Positions 1 to 6,878 of a DNA stretch of 12,437 nucleotides are shown one piece after another. The DNA comes from Chthoniobacteraceae bacterium (GTDB lineage: Bacteria; Verrucomicrobiota; Verrucomicrobiia; Chthoniobacterales; Chthoniobacteraceae). The first letter of the stretch is position 1, and each line of letters opens with the position of its first letter. The translations under genes were made by a program, and so were the position numbers. The notes beneath the pieces were generated by a model, which saw nothing but the letters and a program-made list of their open reading frames with translations, searched no databases and was not told the DNA's origin. The DNA lies in contig JANNXQ010000037.1 of NCBI GenBank assembly GCA_031409655.1, positions 1 to 12,437 on the forward strand, written 5' to 3'.

Positions 1-22
1 CCCCCCCCCCTATAAACGCCTC

Positions 23-46
23 GGGGCGGGGGCGCCCCTGCTCCTT
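23..46. repeat. REP-like GC-rich palindrome arm (partial copy at window edge)
   Basis: 23-44 GGGGCGGGGGCGCCCCTGCTCC matches 3867-3888 GGGGCGAGGGCGCCCCTGCTCC at 21/22 positions. The following TT (45-46) matches the reverse complement of AA at 3831-3832. The poly-C at 1-10 can pair with 23-32 and may be the truncated left arm. Confidence 0.75.
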
Positions 47-80
47 GGAGTGGCATTGCCGCTGCTTCGGGTGAGGGACT

Positions 81-2342
81 ATGGCATGGCGAAACCCTAC
101 TTCTGCCCGGCAGGTTCCGTTCTATGAGCGGTCCTGGGTGGCGATGCTCGCGCTCGTCGCAGTCTTCCTCGCGGCGAATCTCCAACTGCTCACCGGCGAA
201 GCCACCGAGCATTGGGACGGCGAGGCTTTCTTCGCACCGTTTTTCTCCTACCTCGCGAACGTCGTGCGCAGCGGTCACTGGCTGCTCTGGAATCCCTTTT
301 CCAACGCTGGCTCTCCCGATTTCGTGGAACCGCAGATCGGTGCCTTCTCGCCGATCACGCTCGGCTTCGCCGCCCTCGCCGGCCCGAGTGCCGTGGCCTT
401 CCGGCTCTATTGGCTCTGCCTCTGGCTCTTTGGCGGCATCGGCATGTTTGTCTATGCGCGCTCGCTGGGCGCACCCGTTTGGGGGCGTTTTCTGGCCGGC
501 CTGAGTTTCGTCTTCTCCGGCTTCTACCTCGGCCATGGGCAACACCTCAGCGTCATCCATTCCATCTCTTTCCTGCCCTGGATTATCCTTCGCCTCGATC
601 GTGCCCTGCTCACGGGTCGGCGCGCGCCGGCCTTGGAAGCAGGGGCGTTGCTTGGGCTTTCGGCGCTCGCGGGGAATCCAGCGATCACGATCAGCACGGG
701 ACTCTTTGCCGGAGCCTACTCGGCAGTCCGATTCTTCAGCAGCCGGGCAACTGCCGTGGCCGGGCAAATCCGTCCGGCACTCGAGACGCTCGCCCTATTC
801 GGCTTCAGCACCGTGGTCGTGCTGTCCCCGACTTACTTCAGCTTTAAGTACGAGACCGTGGGCTACAGCGATCGCTCGGGCCCCCTGACGCGCGAGTGCG
901 TAGTCAGTAGCAACGTTATGAAACCGACGGGGCTTGCCGCGATCCTCAATCCGTATGGCCCTGGCATCAGCCGGGCGAATGCCAAAGATGGCCAATCGCC
1001 GGACGTGATGAGCCCGACGTATTTCGGCGCGGCGCCGCTCGCGCTCGCCCTCCTGGCGCTCGCCTTGCCGGGTCGGCGGCGCTGGAAGTGGGGAATGTTT
1101 TTCGTCGGCCTGCTCTTCCTCGGCTGCACTCTCGGCACCGCGCTGCCGCTCCGCGGATGGCTCTACGACTTGGTTCCGGCGACTCGCTACTTCCGCCACC
1201 CGAATATGTTTCGGGTCTTCTTCATCTTTTCCATCATCGTCCTCGCGATCCTGGCGAGCGGTAAAATCGATCATTGGCGTAGGCTGGGAGATGCTCCTGC
1301 TGGAGTCCTGCGCCGGTTCGCGATCATCTCAGCAGTGCTGGCGGCGGTGGGCATCGGCGTCTTTTCCGCCTTCTGCTTCCACTATCCACGGCTCGGTCCG
1401 TACATCGAGACAGCGGTACCGCATGCGATCGTGGTGTGGCTGGGTTTGGCGGCCATCGCCGCAGCCGTTTCGTGGCGGCCAGCCTGGCTTGCCCGTCTGC
1501 CGGGCGCGCTGGTCGTGCTGACTGTGGGTGATCTCCTTTGCGCGCACTATCTCTCCGCGGACCTGGCCTTCAATATCGGCGTCGGCGAACCCGCCCGACC
1601 GACGACAACCCGTTCGCCCGTGGATCTCGGCCCTGAGAATTTCGCTCGTGCCTTTGTCGTTGGCGGCAATGAGCATCTCTTCGCCAACAAGCCCGTTTAC
1701 TGCAGCTACGCCGCGCTGTTGAACAGCCTGCACCTGAATTCCGCAGAGGCGGGAACGCTCATGGGTTTTGCCACGGGCGAAAAGCGGGTCTGGTTTTCGA
1801 CCGATGCGGTCGAGGCGCCAGTGAGTGCGGAGACGCTCGCCCTCCTGACCACGGAAGGCGTCGCGCGCAAAGCACCGGTGCTGCTGCGTCATCGCCGCGG
1901 CACGCTGCTCGGGGAGTACCCTCCGCCTCCTTTCAATGCCGAGGCGATCCACAATGCGCCCTCGGCGGAGCGCGTGCCATTCGAAGTGCTGGCCTATCGC
2001 CCGAATGAACTCTCGCTGAAGGTCGAATGTCCGAGCGATGGCTGGGTGCTGGTCACGGATCGCTGGTCGCGGAGTTGGCGCGCTACGGTGAATGGCATCG
2101 AGACCCCGATTGCCGGCGGAAATCTTTTCTTCCGTCTCCTGCCGGTGCAGGCGGGCGAAAATCTCATCGAGATGAATTTCGAGCCTTTCCTGCTGTGGCC
2201 GCTGCTCACGACGAGTTGGACGCTGCTCGGCGTCATTGGCCTCGGTGCGGCCCTCCGCGCCGGGCAGCGATCCGCGAATCGTCCGCCTCCGGCTGCGCCC
2301 AAGATTTCCACGCCTCCCGTCCCATGCGGTGCCTGCTCGTAA
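81..2342 (+). CDS. YfhO-family polytopic membrane protein (predicted GT-C glycosyltransferase)
   Basis: 753 aa with many hydrophobic TM-like segments. First loop has HWDGEAFFAP...LWNPFSNAGSP. C-terminal soluble domain RPNELSLKVECPSDGWVLVTDRWSRSWRATVNG...GGNLFFRLLPVQAGENLIEMNFEP is followed by a final TM helix, the typical YfhO layout. Alternative in-frame ATG at 144. Confidence 0.8.
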   Translation: MAWRNPTSARQVPFYERSWVAMLALVAVFLAANLQLLTGEATEHWDGEAFFAPFFSYLANVVRSGHWLLWNPFSNAGSPDFVEPQIGAFSPITLGFAALAGPSAVAFRLYWLCLWLFGGIGMFVYARSLGAPVWGRFLAGLSFVFSGFYLGHGQHLSVIHSISFLPWIILRLDRALLTGRRAPALEAGALLGLSALAGNPAITISTGLFAGAYSAVRFFSSRATAVAGQIRPALETLALFGFSTVVVLSPTYFSFKYETVGYSDRSGPLTRECVVSSNVMKPTGLAAILNPYGPGISRANAKDGQSPDVMSPTYFGAAPLALALLALALPGRRRWKWGMFFVGLLFLGCTLGTALPLRGWLYDLVPATRYFRHPNMFRVFFIFSIIVLAILASGKIDHWRRLGDAPAGVLRRFAIISAVLAAVGIGVFSAFCFHYPRLGPYIETAVPHAIVVWLGLAAIAAAVSWRPAWLARLPGALVVLTVGDLLCAHYLSADLAFNIGVGEPARPTTTRSPVDLGPENFARAFVVGGNEHLFANKPVYCSYAALLNSLHLNSAEAGTLMGFATGEKRVWFSTDAVEAPVSAETLALLTTEGVARKAPVLLRHRRGTLLGEYPPPPFNAEAIHNAPSAERVPFEVLAYRPNELSLKVECPSDGWVLVTDRWSRSWRATVNGIETPIAGGNLFFRLLPVQAGENLIEMNFEPFLLWPLLTTSWTLLGVIGLGAALRAGQRSANRPPPAAPKISTPPVPCGACS

Positions 2343-3178
2343 TTCCCGCCTTCAATGAAAGCGCGCGGCTGCCCGCGTATCTGCGCGCGCTCCTCGCGGG
2401 TCTCGATCGCTCGCGCCTGGATTGCAATGTCCTCGTCGTGGACGACGGCTCCAGCCCGGACGAAGTCGGCTACGTGCACGACCTCGCCGAGATGCTGCGG
2501 CCCTTGCACCCGCGCCTGCTCGAGCCGCTCTGCCTCGGGACAAATCGCGGAAAGGGCGGCGCGGTACGCGCCGGATGGGGTGCTGCGGAGGACTACGATT
2601 GGGTAGGATTCGTCGATGCGGACGGCTCGATCTCGGATCGGGAAGTGGTGCGCCTCGTGGCGCTCGCGGCCACGTCCCAGAAGCCAGTGACGATCTTCGG
2701 GTCGCGGATCAAGATGCTCGGGCGTCGCGTGGAGCGGAGCACGCTGCGCCATTGGACGGGCCGCTTCTTCGCCTTCCTCGTCGGGCGCAGCGTGTCCGCG
2801 CGCGTTTACGATTCGCAGTGCGGGATCAAGTTACTCCCGATCTCCGCGCTGCGTCGCATCCAGCCGTGGTTGCGCGAGACCGGCTTTTGCTTCGACGTGG
2901 AAATCCTCGCCGCGCTGGAGGTCGTCGGCCTGCCGATTCTCGAGGTGCCGATCGACTGGGTCGATATGCCCGGCACAAAAGTCCGCCTCTTCCGCGACAC
3001 GATGCGCATGGCGTTTGCTCTTCTCCGGATCTCGCACCGCCGCCGCTCATGGATGTCGTTGAAAGCTCCCACCTCACTGCCGACCAGGCCCTTGGTCATT
3101 GGTACTACCGTGCCAAATTCGACCTCCTCCTCGAGCGCCTCCGTCCCCTCGGCGCACTCGCGCCCGGCCGCCGCCTAG
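2324..3178 (+). CDS. Glycosyltransferase family 2, polyprenyl/dolichyl-phosphate glycosyltransferase (ALG5/DPG-synthase-like), 284 aa
   Basis: Lies within ORF 2027..3178; the likely start is ATG 2324 (MRCLLVIPAFNE). Motifs VVDDGS, NRGKGGAV, GFVDADG (DxD), GSR, DSQCGIKL, GFCFDVEIL and EVPIDW. Overlaps the upstream gene by 19 nt. Confidence 0.9.
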   Translation: MRCLLVIPAFNESARLPAYLRALLAGLDRSRLDCNVLVVDDGSSPDEVGYVHDLAEMLRPLHPRLLEPLCLGTNRGKGGAVRAGWGAAEDYDWVGFVDADGSISDREVVRLVALAATSQKPVTIFGSRIKMLGRRVERSTLRHWTGRFFAFLVGRSVSARVYDSQCGIKLLPISALRRIQPWLRETGFCFDVEILAALEVVGLPILEVPIDWVDMPGTKVRLFRDTMRMAFALLRISHRRRSWMSLKAPTSLPTRPLVIGTTVPNSTSSSSASVPSAHSRPAAA

Positions 3179-3807
3179 CCGACGTCGGTTGCGGGCTGGG
3201 TCTGTTCATGACCTTCCTGGAAAAGACCGGTCACGCGCGACCGGAGCAACTCCTCGGCATCGATCCCGCCTACCCGAAGGCCGCCGTGGCCGCCGGTGGA
3301 AACGCCCGCATCGAGCCAAGCTGGCCGCGCGAAACCGAGGTCGATGTGGCGCTGCTCATGGACGTGCTGGAGCACACTCCCGATGATCGCGCGGTGCTGC
3401 GGCAATCCGCCGAACACGTCGCCCCCGGCGGCCACGTCTTCATCACCGTGCCCGCATTCAACTGGCTCTTCAGCGCGCATGATCGCTTCCTCGGCCACTA
3501 TCGCCGCTACACGCTGAACACCCTCCGCGAGACGATCGCCGCGGTGCCGGAACTCGAAATCATCGAACTTCACTACTACTACGCCAGCATCCTGCCGGCC
3601 GTGGTCCCGTGGCGGCTCGCGCGGCGCAAGGGCGCTGGCTCTTGCAGCGATATGCGACCCTTGCCGGTGTGGCTGAATCGCCTTTTGCAGTGGAGCACGC
3701 GAGCCGAGCTGGCGTTCGCCAAGTGGAACCGCTGGGCAGGCCTGAGCTGCGTGGCGCTGTGCCGTCGGCGGTCGGAGGAAAAGTCCGATCAGCGTCTCGC
3801 GGCGTAG
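3049..3807 (+). CDS. Class I SAM-dependent methyltransferase, 252 aa
   Basis: Lies within ORF 2422..3807; the likely start is ATG 3049 (MDVVESSHLTADQALGHWYYRAK). Motif I LADVGCGLG, LLMDVLEH and PGGHVFITVPA...HDRFLGHYRRY are characteristic of methyltransferases found in glycosylation loci. Confidence 0.88.
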   Translation: MDVVESSHLTADQALGHWYYRAKFDLLLERLRPLGALAPGRRLADVGCGLGLFMTFLEKTGHARPEQLLGIDPAYPKAAVAAGGNARIEPSWPRETEVDVALLMDVLEHTPDDRAVLRQSAEHVAPGGHVFITVPAFNWLFSAHDRFLGHYRRYTLNTLRETIAAVPELEIIELHYYYASILPAVVPWRLARRKGAGSCSDMRPLPVWLNRLLQWSTRAELAFAKWNRWAGLSCVALCRRRSEEKSDQRLAA

Positions 3808-3819
3808 AAACACGCACGA

Positions 3820-3915
3820 GGCGCGTTTGCAAGGAGCAGGGGCGCCCTCGCCTCGAGTCGTCTCTGGGGGCGAGGGCGCCCCTGCTCCCTGGTTGTGATC
3901 GGTTGCAAACCCGCC
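3820..3915. repeat. REP/REPIN-like long inverted repeat between convergent genes; possible bidirectional terminator or mRNA stabiliser
   Basis: Perfect 20-bp inverted repeat GGAGCAGGGGCGCCCTCGCC (3833-3852) / GGCGAGGGCGCCCCTGCTCC (3869-3888). An outer stem GGCGcGTTTGCAA (3820-3832) / TTGCAAACcCGCC (3903-3915) extends it. No poly-T tail on either strand. Confidence 0.85.
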
Positions 3916-3937
3916 ATGAGACAAAGGGTCCGGCGCG

Positions 3938-4681
3938 CTACGGGTTCAAATTTCCGACGATGCGCAATCCTTCCAGCGTGAGTTGCGGCTGGACGATCGC
4001 GATCTCTGGCAGTCCCGCTGCGATCAATTCCGCATAGCCACCGGTGGCGACGACTTTCAGCTTTCGCCGCGTCCCGAGTTCCCGGGCGATCTCTCTCAGG
4101 ATTTGGCGAACGAGTCCGCGGTAGCCATACACGGCCCCGGCGAGCATGGCGTGGCGCGTGGATTTTCCGATGGGGCCAGGCGGTTCGAGCAGGGAGATTT
4201 TCGGGAGCTGCGCGGTGCGGGTGTGGAGGTAGTCCGTCATCGCTTCGAGACCGGGGGCGATGACCCCGCCGACGTACGTTCGGTCGGCGGAGATGATGTC
4301 GAAAGTCACCGCCGTGCCAAAATCCACGACCACCACGGGCGCGGGAAAGTAGTGCGCGGCAGCAGCAGCATTCGCGAGGCGATCGGCGCCGATGGTCTGC
4401 GGTTTCGGGTAGTCGATTCCCACGCCGAGCGCACTGCGGGTCGAGACGTTCAGGAACGGGAATGCGGCCAGATGCTGGGCAACGAGCGCACCTTTCTCCG
4501 GCACCACCGACGAAAGAACCACGCGCCGAAAACGCCACCCGCGCAAGACCCGCCGCAAGTCGTCTGCCGTCAGCGTTCGAGTCGGAGTCTTGCGCGACGG
4601 CCCGAGCTTCTCCGACGACGACAGCGCGAGCTTCGTGAAGGAATTGCTGATGTCGATCAGCAGGAATTCGGAGGCAGCCAT
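3938..4681 (-). CDS. coaX: Type III pantothenate kinase
   Basis: Motifs LLIDISNSFTK (variant of DIGNT), SSVVP, IGADR, VVVDFGTAVTFD, GGVIAPG, TAQLP, ATGG and LTLEGL; 247 aa. Confidence 0.95.
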   Translation of the reverse strand: MAASEFLLIDISNSFTKLALSSSEKLGPSRKTPTRTLTADDLRRVLRGWRFRRVVLSSVVPEKGALVAQHLAAFPFLNVSTRSALGVGIDYPKPQTIGADRLANAAAAAHYFPAPVVVVDFGTAVTFDIISADRTYVGGVIAPGLEAMTDYLHTRTAQLPKISLLEPPGPIGKSTRHAMLAGAVYGYRGLVRQILREIARELGTRRKLKVVATGGYAELIAAGLPEIAIVQPQLTLEGLRIVGNLNP

Positions 4682-4701
4682 GAGCGCGCCGCGATCCTCC
4701 G

Positions 4702-5934
4702 CTACTTCACCGCGTAGCAGTAGATGTGATCCTGATCGCGCAGGTAAAGGCGGCCATTGGCGATCACGGGGTGCGTCCAGATCGCGCCCTTGGCGACGCG
4801 GATGCTGGTCTGTGGCTCGATCGTGAAGCGGCCCTTTTCACTCCAACCAGCGGGCGAGGCCTCCAGCAGCACGACTTGACCGGTCTTTTCTCCGAGCAGG
4901 TAGAGCAGGCCGTCGGCAAAGGCCGCAGCGCCCTTTTCCAGCTTTTGCTTCTCGACCCACTTGGGCTCGCCGGTCTTGAAGTCGAGGCAGGTCCAGCCCT
5001 GCTTGCTGTGCCCGTAGAGATGGTCGCCGACGAGGATCACGCCCCCGTGGTGATTCTCCATGTTGTTGTTGCGATAGACCTCCGCCGCGCTGCCGTCGGG
5101 CCGGACTTCGATGAGCTTGCAGCCGACCCCGTAGCCCGTCGTCACAAAGACGAAATTATCGCGCACGATCGGCGTCGGGATGACCGCGGTGCGGCCTGGC
5201 CAATCCGTACGCCAAGCCACGCTGCCGTCCTTGCTGTTGATCCCGACCACGCTCTCCATCGTCAATTGCACGTACTGTTGGATCTTGTTGATCGTCGCGG
5301 GAACGAGCGACGAGTACTGGGCGTTGTCGGTGAAATTCTTCGACTGCCAGAGCGGTTTTCCAGTCATCTTGTCGTAGGCCACCACGGCGCCGTTTGGACC
5401 TCCGGGAGTCACGACGACTTGGGCGCCATCGACGAGCGGCGATTCGGTGAAGCCCCAGTTTGGCGTCTTCCCTCCGTGCGCCTTGAAATCGACCGTCCAG
5501 AGAGGTTTGCCATCGGCGATCTTGGCGCAGAGCAACGTGCCCGGCCCGCTCAAGGCATACACCCGATCTCCATCCACCGTGGGCGTTCCGCGCGGGCCGT
5601 CGCCCCAGTTATTGCTGAGAACGTCGCTGATCGGGGCGGCCCAGAGTTCCTTCCCGGTGGCGGCGTCAAAGGCAAGCAACTGCTCTTTGCCGTCGCGGGC
5701 GCCGAGGGTGAAAAGCTTTCCGCCCGCCACCGAAAATCCCGCGTAACCCTGACCCGCATTTTCAAACATCCAGACCCGCTTTGGGCCACCCGCTGGCCAC
5801 TGTTTGAGGAGGCCGGTTTCGGTTTGGTGATCATCGCGCTTCGGGCCGCGCCACTGCGGCCAGTCCAACGCCGCGGCGGAAAAAGTCCAAGCGAGGGTGA
5901 CGGTGAGAGTGCAGGTCAGGCAGCGGAGGTTCAT
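4702..5934 (-). CDS. Secreted PQQ-like beta-propeller repeat protein (PQQ_2/BamB-like fold, DWPQWRG family)
   Basis: Signal peptide ending FSAAA, then DWPQWRGPKRD. Repeated Trp-docking motifs DAATGKELW, KIADGKPLW, DKMTGKPLW and DFKTGEPKW. C-terminus WTHPVIANGRLYLRDQDHIYCY. Function unknown. Confidence 0.85.
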   Translation of the reverse strand: MNLRCLTCTLTVTLAWTFSAAALDWPQWRGPKRDDHQTETGLLKQWPAGGPKRVWMFENAGQGYAGFSVAGGKLFTLGARDGKEQLLAFDAATGKELWAAPISDVLSNNWGDGPRGTPTVDGDRVYALSGPGTLLCAKIADGKPLWTVDFKAHGGKTPNWGFTESPLVDGAQVVVTPGGPNGAVVAYDKMTGKPLWQSKNFTDNAQYSSLVPATINKIQQYVQLTMESVVGINSKDGSVAWRTDWPGRTAVIPTPIVRDNFVFVTTGYGVGCKLIEVRPDGSAAEVYRNNNMENHHGGVILVGDHLYGHSKQGWTCLDFKTGEPKWVEKQKLEKGAAAFADGLLYLLGEKTGQVVLLEASPAGWSEKGRFTIEPQTSIRVAKGAIWTHPVIANGRLYLRDQDHIYCYAVK

Positions 5935-5997
5935 GGGTGGTGAGGAAGTGAGAGGCTTGTTGCGGAGGAAATGCCGGAATGCTCGAGATCGTTAGGC

Positions 5998-6264
5998 TCA
6001 GTTCCGCCGCATCGCTTCTTTGAGATCGAGCGCGTAGGACGGATTCAATTCGAAGTGCGCCTCCGCAAAGTTTGCCAGCGTGACCTTCTCCACCGGCGGC
6101 ACGGTCTCGAGATAGCCAGCGTCGCACAGGCCATTGAGAATATCGACGCTGTCCTCCGCCTCGATGTGGGTGCGCTCCACGATTTCCGCACCCTTGTTTC
6201 CGTTCGCGTAGTCGATGGCGCGGAGCACGGCGAGTTCGCGTCCGGTGAGTTTGATTTTCTTCAT
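5998..6264 (-). CDS. Small hypothetical protein, winged-helix-like, 88 aa
   Basis: Lies within ORF 5998..6429; the likely start is ATG 6264 (MKKIKLTGRELAVLRAID). Pattern helix-KGAEIVERTHI-EAEDSVDILNGLCDAGYLE-hairpin-FELNP resembles a wHTH. Codon third positions are GC-biased. Confidence 0.75.
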   Translation of the reverse strand: MKKIKLTGRELAVLRAIDYANGNKGAEIVERTHIEAEDSVDILNGLCDAGYLETVPPVEKVTLANFAEAHFELNPSYALDLKEAMRRN

Positions 6265-6359
6265 GGGAGATACAGCGCGATTTGGGGGTAAACAAAACAT
6301 CCTGCTCCGGTCGGGCAGCAATGTGGAGGTTTGTTTTTTTGCGCACGCGGAACTCTTTC

Positions 6360-6388
6360 TTGCCCATTCGAGATCGCGTCCTAACAGT
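6360..6388 (+). promoter_or_regulatory. Possible sigma70-type promoter for a (near-)leaderless transcript
   Basis: TTGCCC (6360-6365) followed after 16-17 nt by TAACAGT (6382-6388), ending 6 nt before ATG 6395, in an AT-richer divergent intergenic region. Weak consensus match. Confidence 0.3.
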
Positions 6389-6394
6389 TGAGGT

Positions 6395-6781
6395 ATGAGC
6401 ACTTCGCGACCCTCCTCCGCCAAGATCATTCAGCACTCCGAGGGGCTCGGCGCACCCAATCCGGACACCGTCCGCCAGCGCGCCCATGAACTCGCGATTA
6501 TCAATGGTCGCTCGCAATTCAACGATGAGGACTGGCGCGAGGCCAAGCGGGAGCTGCAAGGCGGCCACGCGGAGTCTGACGAGGATGGCGAAATGGGGAT
6601 GGCGGCGATGATCTCCGGGCACGACATGGTCGCCGGTTCGCTCGGCCATCATACCGAGAATATCCACCCGGAGGCGACGGACAGCGTCGGCGAGGAATTG
6701 ATCGCCGAAGGGATGGATGAAGCCGTGCATGAGCAGATGCTCCTGTCGCGGGCTACCGAGGAGCGCGAGGAAGTGGACTGA
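6395..6781 (+). CDS. DUF2934-like domain protein with acidic C-terminal region, 128 aa
   Basis: VRQRAHELAIINGRSQFNDEDWREAKREL resembles the DUF2934 pattern (I.eRAyel....Gr....d..dW..Aerel). The C-terminal half is rich in D/E, H and M. Confidence 0.7.
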   Translation: MSTSRPSSAKIIQHSEGLGAPNPDTVRQRAHELAIINGRSQFNDEDWREAKRELQGGHAESDEDGEMGMAAMISGHDMVAGSLGHHTENIHPEATDSVGEELIAEGMDEAVHEQMLLSRATEEREEVD

Positions 6782-6787
6782 CTCGGG

Positions 6788-6867
6788 AAAGGATGAGGGA
6801 TGAGGGATGAAGCATCGGGCGCAGCCCGGCGTTCACTTCATCCTTCATCCTTCAGCCTTCATCCTTT
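6788..6867. repeat. Inverted tandem heptamer repeat hairpin: (GGATGAR)3 ... (TTCAKCC)4
   Basis: GGATGAG, GGATGAG, GGATGAA at 6791-6811 and TTCATCC, TTCATCC, TTCAGCC, TTCATCC at 6837-6864. 6788-6812 pairs with 6843-6867 (22/25 Watson-Crick, 2 G-U, 1 mismatch). Inner hairpin CGGGC-GCA-GCCCG at 6816-6828. Confidence 0.85.
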
Positions 6868-6878
6868 ACCACTCCGGC

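Noticed and set aside
1..10. Poly-C10 tract as a phase-variation homopolymer upstream of a glycosylation gene
   Set aside because: It lies at the window edge, so its length is unknown. It is equally explained as the degenerate or miscalled left arm of the REP hairpin (expected ...CCCTCGCCCC).
2027..2323. N-terminal extension of the 383-aa GT2 ORF
   Set aside because: It lies inside the YfhO gene in another frame, and GT2 motifs begin only at ATG 2324.
2325..2342. C-terminal CGAC (CxxC) motif of the YfhO protein
   Set aside because: It falls in the overlap with the GT2 start (MRCLL) and is most likely a by-product of that overlap.
2422..3048. Arg-rich N-terminal 209 aa of the 461-aa ORF, or a GT2-methyltransferase frameshift fusion
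   Set aside because: This is an off-frame reading of the GT2 gene. The methyltransferase has its own ATG and no slippery sequence was seen.
4702..5934. Calling the propeller BamB or a PQQ dehydrogenase
   Set aside because: It has no convincing lipobox, no bam/der context and no dehydrogenase catalytic features; only the fold is supported.
4726..5943. 405-aa plus-strand ORF
   Set aside because: Antisense shadow of the beta-propeller gene, expected with high-GC codon bias; no motifs.
6788..6867. CRISPR or mini-array interpretation of the repeats here and at 3833-3888
   Set aside because: There are no direct repeats separated by unique spacers and no cas genes.
6807..6878. RuvB N-terminal extension [24 protein letters not shown]
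   Set aside because: It is the translation of the heptamer-repeat hairpin, and its ATG would be buried in the stem.
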